DNA from: Candidatus Latescibacterota bacterium
GTDB lineage: Bacteria > Latescibacterota > UBA2968 > GCA-2709665
NCBI GenBank assembly: GCA_965237675.1
Contig: OZ250150.1
Coordinates: forward strand, 1,280,001 to 1,344,000
Length of the DNA: 64,000 nt
Direction of reading: 5' to 3'
Both the position numbers and the translations under genes were made by a program. The notes beneath the pieces were generated by a model. That model was not told the origin of the DNA. It searched no databases and worked only from the letters and a program-made list of their open reading frames with translations. Of the stretch, positions 49,772-59,675 are shown piece after piece (positions within the stretch are counted from its first letter, which is position 1; each line of letters starts with the position of its first letter).

Positions 49772-51160
49772 TTATCTGTTATGGCGCCATTTGAGCAGCG
49801 TGCCAATATCCATCAGATAGGTGTGGTCTGATTCTTCACTTCCGGTGAGATTCTCCAGGGATTCGATCCTGGCCGTGGTGGAACGGCAGAGACCGTTGAA
49901 GATATTGGGCGGCACGGGCACGCGGTTGCGGATCTTGTAGAAGGCGCGGATGAGTTCGGCGCGGGCGGCGCCCGCGTTGCCCACGGGGTTGCCCCCGCTG
50001 TCGAGATGGAAATCCCGGTCGTATTCCCAGCCCATGCAGTAGTCCCCCGACGCAGTTTGCAGAAAGGTGGCGAAGTTGAGGGCTGCGCAGAGCCGGGCCC
50101 TGAGCGGCTCGCAAAAGGAATGGTCCGGGGGCAGGACGTCGTACAGAGAGGCGAGTCCGTTGGCGGTAATGGACTGATAGCCGATATGGAAGTTGTGACC
50201 CGGCCACCCGCCGCGGGGAAGCTGCGCAAAGAAGACGCCGCCTCGGGTACGCCAGATAGCCGTCTCCAGGTATTTGTCTTCGCCGGTGAAAGCATACAGC
50301 AGGGAGAGAAACCACAGGGCGAATGCATCGTAATTGTTGTTTCCGGTAAAGGGGCAGGTCATCGTCCAGTCGGCGGCCCTTCGAACGGCATCGAGGTATT
50401 TTTCTTCTCGGGTGACGCGATGCCCTTCTGCAAGGGCGAGGCCGGCCCAACCCGTGTCATAGAAATTATCTCGCTGGTTCATCACGCCGCCCGGAACGCC
50501 TTTGTACCACCAGCGGAAGGCGCCGTTCTCATCCTGCTCGGCAAGGAGATAGTCCAGGCCGCCGAGAGCGATCTCTTTGTATTGCTCGTTGCCGAGGGCC
50601 TCATACGCGTAGAGATACCCGAGCGTGACATTGGCGGGCCAGCGGTACGCAGGTTTTGCGAGGTTCGGGACCTTGCCCCAGCCGCCGTCCGCGTTGCGGC
50701 AGCGTTGGCAGGCGGTATGGGCCGTATGAAACGCCGCCGCGAGCGTCTCCGGGTCAACGGGTTCAAAGGTACAGGAAGCGTCGACGATGCAGTCCCGGGG
50801 CGCAACCGGGAAGCCGTCGGGCATGCGGCGCCCGGGCACGACCACCTCGAAGGATTCGGTGGCGATTGCCCTGGTATTCTGCAATTCCGAGAGGACCTGC
50901 GCGGTGATGAGATATGCGCCAGGCGGAAAATCGGGTTCCAGGTCGCAGTGGAACGGGAGGACAGAGTGCTCGCCGTCCAGGTCCCGGTCTACATCGCGGA
51001 ATGAGAGCCGCGTGGCGCCGAGGGGATCGTTCACAGAGAATCGGACGCGGACCGTTTGCTTGTCCAGCCCGATGACGTGAAGATCAATGGAGATCCGCTG
51101 GCCGGGAACGAAGCCGATGCTCTTTTCGGGGATAGATATGAGGAGAAGGGGTTCGGGCAT
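49772..51160 (-). CDS. Hypothetical alpha/alpha-barrel (six-hairpin glycosidase-like) protein
   Basis: Repeated helical motifs (AYEALG...Y; .L..Q...G.F; T....YL.A...ADW; Y..TG...YL..A). Confidence 0.55.
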   Translation of the reverse strand: MPEPLLLISIPEKSIGFVPGQRISIDLHVIGLDKQTVRVRFSVNDPLGATRLSFRDVDRDLDGEHSVLPFHCDLEPDFPPGAYLITAQVLSELQNTRAIATESFEVVVPGRRMPDGFPVAPRDCIVDASCTFEPVDPETLAAAFHTAHTACQRCRNADGGWGKVPNLAKPAYRWPANVTLGYLYAYEALGNEQYKEIALGGLDYLLAEQDENGAFRWWYKGVPGGVMNQRDNFYDTGWAGLALAEGHRVTREEKYLDAVRRAADWTMTCPFTGNNNYDAFALWFLSLLYAFTGEDKYLETAIWRTRGGVFFAQLPRGGWPGHNFHIGYQSITANGLASLYDVLPPDHSFCEPLRARLCAALNFATFLQTASGDYCMGWEYDRDFHLDSGGNPVGNAGAARAELIRAFYKIRNRVPVPPNIFNGLCRSTTARIESLENLTGSEESDHTYLMDIGTLLKWRHNR

Positions 51161-51239
51161 GTCCGGAAGCTCTTTTCATGCGCGCTGGGTCGGGACGGGA
51201 GGGACGCCGCCCGCCAGCCGCCTTTACGGGTCTTGATAG

Positions 51240-52916
51240 TTATGTTGCCGGAATAACCGGCAGGACGATGTGGGACGGATATTCCTTTGAGTGATGGACG
51301 GTCTGACGGGCCTGGCGCATTTCGGTCTCGCTTCCCAGGCTGCGGCCCGTGTTGAGATTGCGGTCGAACCGCGGAAAGTTGGAAGACGAGATCTCGAGGC
51401 GGACGCGGTGACCTTTCTTGAAGACGTTTCCCGTGACGCCCAGGTCGATTTCATAGGCGTAGACGCTGCCGGGTTCAAGCAGGGATGGGCTGGCAAAGCC
51501 TTCACGAAAACGGGCTCTCAGGATGCCGTCGCAGAGGTTCATGGCGTACCCGGAGGGGGATACGTCCACCAGTTTGGCGGTCCAGTCCGTGTCCGTGCAA
51601 TCGGTGGCGGCGTAGAGTACGGCCTTGACGGGTCCCGTGACTTCCAGGTCTGTTTCCACAGGGTCGCTGGTATAACAGAGCACGTCGCTCCGCATTTCGG
51701 CCGGGCGCTGGTCCTGCGGCCCCCAGGGGACGATATGTGGCGAGCAGCAGTTGTTACCGCCCATCGTCGGCGCGGGGTAGCGCGGATCATAGGTGTAATG
51801 ATCGGGGCGCTCCTGGCCCGGTGGATCGGTCGAGAGGCAGCCGTCGCCAAGCAGCGTGTTGGCGTGGCCGGCGGAATGCAGTTGCCATTTTTGCCACTGG
51901 GTTCGTGCCAGGGGCCATTCGCATTCATCTCGCCACTGGTTGACACCCATGATGAACAGCCTCAGCGGCGGTTCGTCCACGATGCCGTTGTCGATGCCCT
52001 TGAGCCAGTAATCGAACCAGCGCTGTTCGAGGCTTTCGAGGTCGACCATGGAAGGCGCTCCGAAGTCGACGTCGCCGGTTTTTGGCGACGTGCTGAGGGC
52101 ATGCGGCCAGGGCCCCACGATGAGTTTGCTCTTCCTTGCCTCTTCCGTGCCTCCATTCAGACGAAGACCGTTGTAGTTGCTGAAGGTCTGGGCGGCATAG
52201 AGGTCGTACCACCCGCCCATATTGAACGCGGGGGCGGCAATTTCGCCCCACCGGGTCTCGTCGTTGAATTCTTCCCAGTAGTCGTCGTAGGCTGCGTGTT
52301 CGACCCAGTCTTTCCAGAACGCGACGTCCCGGCCCGCGTGTTCGTCCATTCTGTTGAGGGGCAGCGCGCGGAAGGCTTCTGTCCAGTTGTGAAATTCGAT
52401 GGTCTGGCCGGTGCGTGAGTTGGTGCGCATGCCCCAGGTAAGCATCACGTTGAGCTGAAAGGCGCCGCCGGGGTGGACGAGGCCGGTGTAGTAGTCGGTG
52501 CAGATGACCCGGGGCGTCATGCATTTGAGATAACGATTCCCGTACGGCGCGCTGCGCCACTGTACGGCGCCGCCGTAGGAACTGCCGGCCATCCCGATAT
52601 TGCCGCTGCACCATTCCCGTGTTCCGATCCACTCCTGGGTGTCGTACCCGTCTTCACCTTCGCGAAACGCGTAATAGGTGCCTTCGGAGTCCCAGCGCCC
52701 GCGGCAGTCCTGGAGGACGCAGGCGTATCCGTTATTGGCCAGCCGCCGGGCCTTGTCGACCATCCCGTCGGCATTATTGCTGTAGGGCGTGCGCATGAGT
52801 ACCGTGGGAAATCTTCCATGCGCACGAGGCACGTATATGTCGGCCGAAAGATTCACCCCGTCGCGCATGGGGACCTTAACGTCCAGCCGCATGTCAACAT
52901 CGTAGTTTGGCAGCAT
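51240..52916 (-). CDS. CocE/NonD family serine hydrolase
   Basis: MRDGV.L.AD.Y.P, RTPY, QDCRG...SEG, G.SY.G, GGWYD, GPW.H, SSNFPRFDRN.NTG. GGAGG SD before 52916. Confidence 0.93.
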   Translation of the reverse strand: MLPNYDVDMRLDVKVPMRDGVNLSADIYVPRAHGRFPTVLMRTPYSNNADGMVDKARRLANNGYACVLQDCRGRWDSEGTYYAFREGEDGYDTQEWIGTREWCSGNIGMAGSSYGGAVQWRSAPYGNRYLKCMTPRVICTDYYTGLVHPGGAFQLNVMLTWGMRTNSRTGQTIEFHNWTEAFRALPLNRMDEHAGRDVAFWKDWVEHAAYDDYWEEFNDETRWGEIAAPAFNMGGWYDLYAAQTFSNYNGLRLNGGTEEARKSKLIVGPWPHALSTSPKTGDVDFGAPSMVDLESLEQRWFDYWLKGIDNGIVDEPPLRLFIMGVNQWRDECEWPLARTQWQKWQLHSAGHANTLLGDGCLSTDPPGQERPDHYTYDPRYPAPTMGGNNCCSPHIVPWGPQDQRPAEMRSDVLCYTSDPVETDLEVTGPVKAVLYAATDCTDTDWTAKLVDVSPSGYAMNLCDGILRARFREGFASPSLLEPGSVYAYEIDLGVTGNVFKKGHRVRLEISSSNFPRFDRNLNTGRSLGSETEMRQARQTVHHSKEYPSHIVLPVIPAT

Positions 52917-52977
52917 TAAGACCTCCAATTTTGCATTTTCATTGTTTTCCGCCTTTCTCTCCAGTGCCATGGAACGA

Positions 52978-55302
52978 TTAAACCAGCACCGGACCGTTCC
53001 TGTCGGACCAGTCCATTCTGATTCGATCCGCCTTCCCGTCCGGATGCGCGATGCGCACGTTCCAGGCCTCGCCCCGGCGGGTGATCCTTGAGGTGACGCC
53101 AGCGCTGACGCCGTCCGTGAAAGGCACGAGGGCGTAGCCGGTCCGGAAGGGCAGCGCCGTGCGTTTCTTGTAGACGACGACCGGCGCGGGAACGTCCTGC
53201 CCGCCGATCGCGAGCCAACCCTGTACCGGATCGTTCTGGCCGCAGACGACGCGGGGCGTCATCTTGACGAGGGGAAGGATTTCCAGATTGGGCGGATTCA
53301 TCCGGCCCGTACGGACGGCGCGGGTGTCCGGGTCGATCAGCACCCGGTAGGGCATGAAGTGGAAGAGGGCTTCATAGGTGCGGCGGCCTTCGCCCGTGAG
53401 TTCATCGAAAATCAGGAAGTAATCGGGCTTGACGAACATGACAATCCGGCGGTGGGCGACGGACGCGTCCAACCCGGCATACCCGGCATCGTATGTGGCG
53501 ATGGCGACGTCGGAGCGGTCATCCGAGCGCCACACGGTCTTGTCCCGGGCGGACTCAACCCATTCCGGGATGGTACGGGCCCGGCGGTTCTGGCCGCAGC
53601 CGTCCACCAGTACCGTGTTGTGCGCTTCGGTTGTCCTGTAGAACGAGGTCCACGCATTCGGGTAGTACGACGTAATACCGGGGTCCACGATGAAGGGCAG
53701 GCCGTGGGCGTAGAGATCGAAGGAGAGCATGTCTTCGTGCTGGTGAAAACGACCGAACGGGCCTCCTTCGAACAGGAGGTAGCGGGCGTCCCGATCCCAG
53801 CCGCTGCGCATGACGAAGTAACCGGAATCCCGGCGGGCGATCGAGGTGTAGCCCGGAACGCTGCCTTCTTCACCCTCGCTGGCGATCCATGTGGCGGCTT
53901 CGATGTTTAGGATGGCGCCCGGGTCGGCGAGAGCGCCTGCGTATTTTCCATCCAGGCTGCCGGCGTCGGAAATGGAGGGACAGGAAAAGTCGGGTCGGTT
54001 GATGGAGACGCACCAGTCGTACATGCGCCGGATGCCGGCTTCCAGTTCAGGATCCAGCGATCGGCCGAACTTTTCTGCCACCTTATAAGCATCCAGGAAC
54101 CAGGAGGCGATTGAGATCTGGTAGCCCGGGGTGAGTTCGTACGAGGCCCCGTCCGGCATGACCTGGATGTTCATGTCGTCCAAAAGACGCCGGCTGGCCG
54201 CGTCGTACCAGGCTTCGGCCGCTCGAAGTTCGGGGAAGGAGCAGGCGACGGCGAGAAGGGCCCTGCCTTCGGAGATGGTTTTGTTCGAAGGTGGAAAAGA
54301 TTCGAATTTCAGGAGGTAGACCGCGTGTTCGTAGACGGATTTGAGCAGATTCAGGATCGTCCGGTCTTCGGTTTCCGGGCAGTCGCACAGCACGGTGAAT
54401 GCGTCGACAAGCGTGCTGAACGCCCGCATGCTCACAATCAGAGAATGCCCCCAGGCCAGGCCGCCGGCGCGGACGCCGTAGGGCATGGGGGTCTTGCGCA
54501 TCCAGTCGCGCAGGATGGCTTCAATGCCTTTCGCGTATTTCGGATTTCGGGTCTTTTCCCACGCGGACTCGAGCGGTTTGAAGTACGAAAAAAAGTGGAT
54601 GATGATGGACCACTCGATGTATCCGTAAGGATTGGCGTCCCAGTCCACGCCGTCGGGCCAGTGGTGGCCCATAATGTGGCCGGCGAGGATGCGGTCCGCT
54701 TCTTCAATATTGGCCTCGGGATCGGGATCGGGTGTGACGTGGCGCCGGTCGAAGGCGCTGGAACGGAAGTGCGCCGCGATTGCGGCAAGCTGGGTCTCTC
54801 TGTTTGTGGCCTGTGCCGCAGCTTCGAGCCCGGGATGGCTCAAATCAACGGCGGCGACGAGGGCGTCATCCGTCATGCGCGGACCCTGGACGATCCGGCG
54901 CTGGATCAGACGGATATTTCGGATGCGGCTGCCGGGTGGCAGACGGATCTCGCCTGAGGACATGTCCCCCCACCCCGCGGACGGGATGCCCCGGGTGTAA
55001 AAACACTCGGCGGGAAATCGGAATTCCCGCCATCCCCGCCAGACGTTGCCGCCGCGGGGGGAGACGATGGCGTTGAAGTGATACCCGTCGTCTTCGCTCA
55101 TACCCTCGGTACGATGTCCCGAGGTGAGGGTACAATAGATCTGGTCGTCCACTCCCTCGGGCAGGAAAATCTCGGCGCGGATCCCGTTCGCCCGGCTCCA
55201 GTCGCCGGCTTCCATGGCGAGATCGATCCGTTCCCCCTGTTCGGCCTCCGACAGGTTCCATTCGGCTACGATGGCGTCATCCTGAAACCTGGATAGGTCC
55301 AT
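52978..55302 (-). CDS. Heparinase II/III-family polysaccharide lyase
   Basis: PDG...E....Y, SGYFVMRSGW, H.H.D.LSF.L...G...IVDPG...Y, T.AHNTV.VDG. AAAGGAGG SD before 55302. Confidence 0.88.
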   Translation of the reverse strand: MDLSRFQDDAIVAEWNLSEAEQGERIDLAMEAGDWSRANGIRAEIFLPEGVDDQIYCTLTSGHRTEGMSEDDGYHFNAIVSPRGGNVWRGWREFRFPAECFYTRGIPSAGWGDMSSGEIRLPPGSRIRNIRLIQRRIVQGPRMTDDALVAAVDLSHPGLEAAAQATNRETQLAAIAAHFRSSAFDRRHVTPDPDPEANIEEADRILAGHIMGHHWPDGVDWDANPYGYIEWSIIIHFFSYFKPLESAWEKTRNPKYAKGIEAILRDWMRKTPMPYGVRAGGLAWGHSLIVSMRAFSTLVDAFTVLCDCPETEDRTILNLLKSVYEHAVYLLKFESFPPSNKTISEGRALLAVACSFPELRAAEAWYDAASRRLLDDMNIQVMPDGASYELTPGYQISIASWFLDAYKVAEKFGRSLDPELEAGIRRMYDWCVSINRPDFSCPSISDAGSLDGKYAGALADPGAILNIEAATWIASEGEEGSVPGYTSIARRDSGYFVMRSGWDRDARYLLFEGGPFGRFHQHEDMLSFDLYAHGLPFIVDPGITSYYPNAWTSFYRTTEAHNTVLVDGCGQNRRARTIPEWVESARDKTVWRSDDRSDVAIATYDAGYAGLDASVAHRRIVMFVKPDYFLIFDELTGEGRRTYEALFHFMPYRVLIDPDTRAVRTGRMNPPNLEILPLVKMTPRVVCGQNDPVQGWLAIGGQDVPAPVVVYKKRTALPFRTGYALVPFTDGVSAGVTSRITRRGEAWNVRIAHPDGKADRIRMDWSDRNGPVLV

Positions 55303-55620
55303 GGCGCCTCCTTTCGATTGTGCCAATGTACGAAATGTGGGTCCGGTATTCAAGAATCATCCCACGCGCGGGAAGAACACCCCGTGAGCCCGAAATCCCG
55401 ACCGACTGTTCTCTCGGACATTTCAAGGGGAGGACAGGTTTAAGGCTTGCGCATTGTGTGTCTGGTGCATTTCTTATCGGTCATGGGCGAGGTCTCGTCA
55501 GTAACACGTTGGCAAGGGAAATCGCGAAATAGTCGGATTTTCACCACCCCCCTCTCCACCACCGGGCGGGCGAGAGGTAAGTAGAGAGGCCGCAAACCCA
55601 TTCGCCCCGTCATTGGATTA

Positions 55621-55730
55621 TGTAGCGGCAACCCTTGTGGTTGCCCACGTCGCGGCGTGCATATCGCAGATTGACGTCGCCGGTCCGTATCGCTAACCGG
55701 TTTTAGCTGACTGCTGTCTGCTGATTGCTG
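55621..55730 (-). repeat. Composite REP-bearing repeat, copy E
   Basis: Reverse complement CAGCAATCAGCAGACAGCAGTCAGCTAAAACCGGTTAGCGATACGG...GGGCAACCACAAGGGTTGCCGCTACA. Confidence 0.85.
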
Positions 55731-55744
55731 TTTATGAGGTAATT

Positions 55745-56941
55745 ATGGGCATCCGTGTTGGGATCTGTGGGACCGGAGCGTTCGCGAATTCGTTCATCCC
55801 TCTTTTCAAGGCGCATCCGGAGGTGGACCACCTGGTATTGTGCGACCTGGACGCGGAGAAACTACGGGAGAAGTCAGCGCGTTTCGACGTTCCGGATACA
55901 TATCCGTCTCTCGATGCGCTGTGCGGATCCGAGGTCGATGCGATTGCGATTATCACCCAGCATCATCTGCACGGGCCCCAGGCGGTGCAGGCGTTGCGCA
56001 GCGGCAAGCATATTTACTCGGCGGTGCCGTCGGCGGTGAGCCTGGATGAGGTCTCCGAGCTTGTACAGGCCGTGGAGGAGACCGGTTTGATCTATATGAT
56101 TGGCGAGACGAGTTACTATTACCCGTGTACGATCTACTGCCGGGATCGTTTTCAGACGGGAGATTTCGGACATGTCGTTTACGGGGAGGCGGAGTATTAC
56201 CACGATTATTTTCATGGACTGTATGCGGTGTCGCAATGGCGGCACGGCGACCAATGGAAGCGGTATTACGGGGCGCCGCCCCTCTATTATCCCACCCATT
56301 CCACGAGTATGATCGTGTCGGTCACCGGGGCGCACGCCACGCACGTGAGTGGAATGGGGTTTGAGGACCGCCATGAAGATAATCTATATGCGCGTGAAGA
56401 CAATGTCTGGAAGAACCCGTTCAGCAACCAGACGATGTTGTGCAAGATGTCGGATGGGAGTATGGCGCGTTTCAACGAGTTCCGGCGGATCGGACATCCG
56501 GGCACGGTGGGGATGAGTCTGTATGGAACGGAAGCCGGATACGAGGAGCAGGTGGGCGGGAATGTCTGGATCACTAAGGACCGGAAAACGTGCGTGGATT
56601 TGACGGCGGAATTGTCGTGTGAAGGCGTGCCGGCCGGACCGGCCGACGACCCGATGGGCGCGGTCACGGGAGATGATGGCACGCACCAGGGGGTGTCGCG
56701 GGTACATCCGGTACACCGGCTGCCGAGGGAGTTTATCGGCCTGGGAAACGGGCACAAAGGTGCCCATCAGTTCCTGGTGCATGATTTCGTGACGTCGTGT
56801 GTGACGGGCGAAACGCCGCCGAATAATGTTTGGCAGGCGACGCGGTACCTGGTCCCGGGGTTGGTGGCGCACGAGTCCGCGATGAATGGAGGCGCGTTAA
56901 CGGCAGTGCCCGATTTTGGCGACGGCACGAAAGAGCCGTGA
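55745..56941 (+). CDS. Gfo/Idh/MocA family oxidoreductase
   Basis: VGI.G.G.F Rossmann motif, DAI.I.T...LH......AL..GKH.YS.VP, Y.THS. Confidence 0.9.
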   Translation: MGIRVGICGTGAFANSFIPLFKAHPEVDHLVLCDLDAEKLREKSARFDVPDTYPSLDALCGSEVDAIAIITQHHLHGPQAVQALRSGKHIYSAVPSAVSLDEVSELVQAVEETGLIYMIGETSYYYPCTIYCRDRFQTGDFGHVVYGEAEYYHDYFHGLYAVSQWRHGDQWKRYYGAPPLYYPTHSTSMIVSVTGAHATHVSGMGFEDRHEDNLYAREDNVWKNPFSNQTMLCKMSDGSMARFNEFRRIGHPGTVGMSLYGTEAGYEEQVGGNVWITKDRKTCVDLTAELSCEGVPAGPADDPMGAVTGDDGTHQGVSRVHPVHRLPREFIGLGNGHKGAHQFLVHDFVTSCVTGETPPNNVWQATRYLVPGLVAHESAMNGGALTAVPDFGDGTKEP

Positions 56942-57160
56942 GAGGTAAGACGCAAGAGGGCAGGAAACGGCAGGAGATCAGCACCTGGAACCAGGCGGGT
57001 GAGGGCCGGCACGTCACAAAAAGCGGCCAGCCTTCTGCTCTCAGCGGTCAGATCACCCATTATCTCCACCACCGAGGTGCAAGAGGCGAACCTGGAAAGG
57101 AAGTGAACATTAAAGAGACGCATGGTTGTTCTTTCAGGCTGTCTTTACGGGAGAAATATC

Positions 57161-57478
57161 GTGATTAAGCGAACTTCAGGAGAGGGATGGGCGTTTGTTT
57201 CCGAGGATGTGTTTGACACTGACGAGGAAGTGCTGGTCTCCCGCGCGCCGGAGGAGCAGCGGATTCGGATTTCGCTGGAGAAACGGAAGAGGGGCAAGGT
57301 GGTGACGCTGGCTGGCGGTCTGGTGCTGGCGAAGGGAGATATGAAGGATCTGGCGCGGGCCTTGCGAGAAGCGTGTGGAACGGGCGGGACGTTTCGGCGG
57401 GATACGATTGAGTTGCAGGGAGATTGCCGGCAAAAGGTTCGCGCCTGGCTGGTGGAGAATGGTTGGGGGGTTCGATAG
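57161..57478 (+). CDS. SUI1/YciH family translation factor
   Basis: IRI..EKR.RGK.VT...G.......LA..L...CG.GGT.....IELQGD.R. Confidence 0.9.
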   Translation: MIKRTSGEGWAFVSEDVFDTDEEVLVSRAPEEQRIRISLEKRKRGKVVTLAGGLVLAKGDMKDLARALREACGTGGTFRRDTIELQGDCRQKVRAWLVENGWGVR

Positions 57479-57763
57479 TGGAAGCGACACGAAGGACGCG
57501 GGACGGGAACGGAACACGAGCCCTCGCCCGCTGATCACTGACCGCTGTCAGCCGCCCGGGGCGGAAAGGTGCGGCCCTCTTACGTCTCCCGTCTACCCTC
57601 TCACTGCATGAATTGACCCATCGCAAATCACTGACTGCTAACCTGAATACTTCATGAATTGTCACGGATTGCAGTTTCACGAAGCAGAAACAGCTTCCGA
57701 GTGAATAGAGAAAGTGAATCCCCATGTGTAATACATTCTGGAGTTGGATCGTTTGAAACAGAC

Positions 57764-58017
57764 GAGACCTACCCCCTAACCCCCTTCCTGAGAGGAAGGG
57801 GGAACTGTGATCGGCTGATGAACGGTTGGATTGGATGAAGGCGTTTCGATTGATGAAAAATCCGGTCGAAACCTGGTGATTGGTCGGCGAGTTGCGCTTG
57901 GGAAAGTGACGAGATGGCGTTCTCCAATCAATCAGAGCTTATATAATACAGCATTTACGTAACGCTTAGATCAACTCCCCCTCTCCTGCAGGAGCGGGGG
58001 TCGGGGGGAGAGGTCTC
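57764..58017. repeat. Inverted pair of C/G-rich hairpin repeats (REPIN-like)
   Basis: GAGACCTACCCCCTAACCCCCTTCCTGAGAGGAAGGGGG at the left and its approximate reverse complement CCCCCTCTCCTGCAGGAGCGGGGGTCGGGGGGAGAGGTCTC at the right. Confidence 0.7.
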
Positions 58018-58063
58018 TTTCACTGACTGCTAACAGTGCAACACTCATAGTGGAGAATTCAAA

Positions 58064-59602
58064 ATGGCCACGGTAGATTGCGATGCGGTGATCCTGGGAG
58101 GCGGGCATAACGGGCTTGTTGCGGCGTCCTACCTCGCGGATGCCGGAATGGATGTGCTGTTACTGGAACGGCGGGACCTCCTGGGCGGCGCTTGTACGAC
58201 CGAAGAACTCTTTCCCGGTTACCGGTTTTCGTCCTGCTCCTACATTTGCCACCTGTTGCAGGACCGGGTGATCGACGAGTTGGAGCTGCGAGAACACGGG
58301 TTCGACGTCTATCACCTGGACCCGTCCCGGTATCAGCCCTTCCCCGATGGCTCCGCCCTCCGCCTCTGGGACGACGTGGAACGCAGCCAGGCGGAACTCG
58401 CCCGATTCTCGCGCCGGGACGCTGAGGCCTATCCGGATTGGCTTTCCTTCTGGGAACGTGCCGCCGGTATCCTCTATCCCTATTTTCTGACGCCGCCGCC
58501 CACGATCAGCGAGATTGCCTCGCGGGTGAGGGGAACGCCGGATGAGGCGCTTCTGGACCGCCTGCTGACGACGAGCATGGCCGATATCGTGACGGACTAT
58601 TTCGAATCCGACCACGCGCAGGGCGCGTTTATCCAGGCGCAGGACGTGGGCGATCCCGCGGCGACCGGCAGCGCATGGTGTTATGCGTATATCAAATGCA
58701 ACGTGTTCGGCCGGCCGGAGAACATTGGCATTGTGAAGGGGGGAATGGGCGGAATCGCCAACGCCCTCGCGAGGGCGGCACGGGCGCGTGGAGCGGTGTT
58801 GCAGACAGGCGCCGAGGTGTCAAGAATCCTGGTCAGAAACGGAAGCGCGTGTGGTGTGGCGCTTGCCGACGGCACGGAGATTCGCAGCCGGATCGTGGTC
58901 TCCAACGCGGATCCGAAACGCACGTTTCTGAAGCTGCTGCCGGCCGAGGCGCTGGATGCGCGATTCCTGGCCAGGGCGGGCCGTCTGAAGACCAGAACGG
59001 CCTATCTGAAATTCCACGCGGCGCTCACGGGCTTGCCGGATTTCGCGCGGGGCGAATCGGATTTTGATCCGCGCTGGATGGCCGAGATTAAAATATGCCC
59101 GTCCATTGACTACTTCGCCCGCGCCTGGGACGACGCCCGGCGTGGAGATCCCGCCAGGGAACCGGTGATGGAAGTGCAGATTCCATCGGTCTTCGACGAC
59201 ACGATGGCGCCGCCTGGCCACCATGTGATGTCCGTCTGGGTCCTGTATGCGCCCGTGCGCCCTCGCGACGGCACCTGGGAGGAGAGACGGGAAGAGGTGG
59301 GCGAACGGCTGATCGATACGCTGTCGGTCTATGCGCCGAACCTTCGGGATATTATGGTGGACTGGTCTCTCTTCACGCCCCACGACCTGGAGGACCGGGT
59401 GGGCCTTACCGACGGCAATATCAGGCATCTGGACATCGTGCCGGACCAGTTCCTGGCGCAGCGGCCGCTTGGCGGATGGGCGCACTACGCGACGCCGATT
59501 CAGAACCTCTATCTCTGCGGTGCGGGCACCCACCCCGGTGGCGAGGTGACCGGGGCCCCGGGGCACAATGCAGCAAAGGCCATACTGGAGGATTGGGGGT
59601 AG
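58064..59602 (+). CDS. FAD-dependent oxidoreductase, phytoene desaturase/PYROXD2-like
   Basis: GGGHNGLVAA.YLA..G, LERR...GGA, GGMG, LYLCGAGTHPGG.V.GAPG.NAA. Confidence 0.92.
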   Translation: MATVDCDAVILGGGHNGLVAASYLADAGMDVLLLERRDLLGGACTTEELFPGYRFSSCSYICHLLQDRVIDELELREHGFDVYHLDPSRYQPFPDGSALRLWDDVERSQAELARFSRRDAEAYPDWLSFWERAAGILYPYFLTPPPTISEIASRVRGTPDEALLDRLLTTSMADIVTDYFESDHAQGAFIQAQDVGDPAATGSAWCYAYIKCNVFGRPENIGIVKGGMGGIANALARAARARGAVLQTGAEVSRILVRNGSACGVALADGTEIRSRIVVSNADPKRTFLKLLPAEALDARFLARAGRLKTRTAYLKFHAALTGLPDFARGESDFDPRWMAEIKICPSIDYFARAWDDARRGDPAREPVMEVQIPSVFDDTMAPPGHHVMSVWVLYAPVRPRDGTWEERREEVGERLIDTLSVYAPNLRDIMVDWSLFTPHDLEDRVGLTDGNIRHLDIVPDQFLAQRPLGGWAHYATPIQNLYLCGAGTHPGGEVTGAPGHNAAKAILEDWG

Positions 59603-59675
59603 TGGCCACTTGAGTGCTCTCAGCCTGAAGCTTGACTCAAATGCAACAAAATTCGCCCACCCTGCAGGCTAGAGG

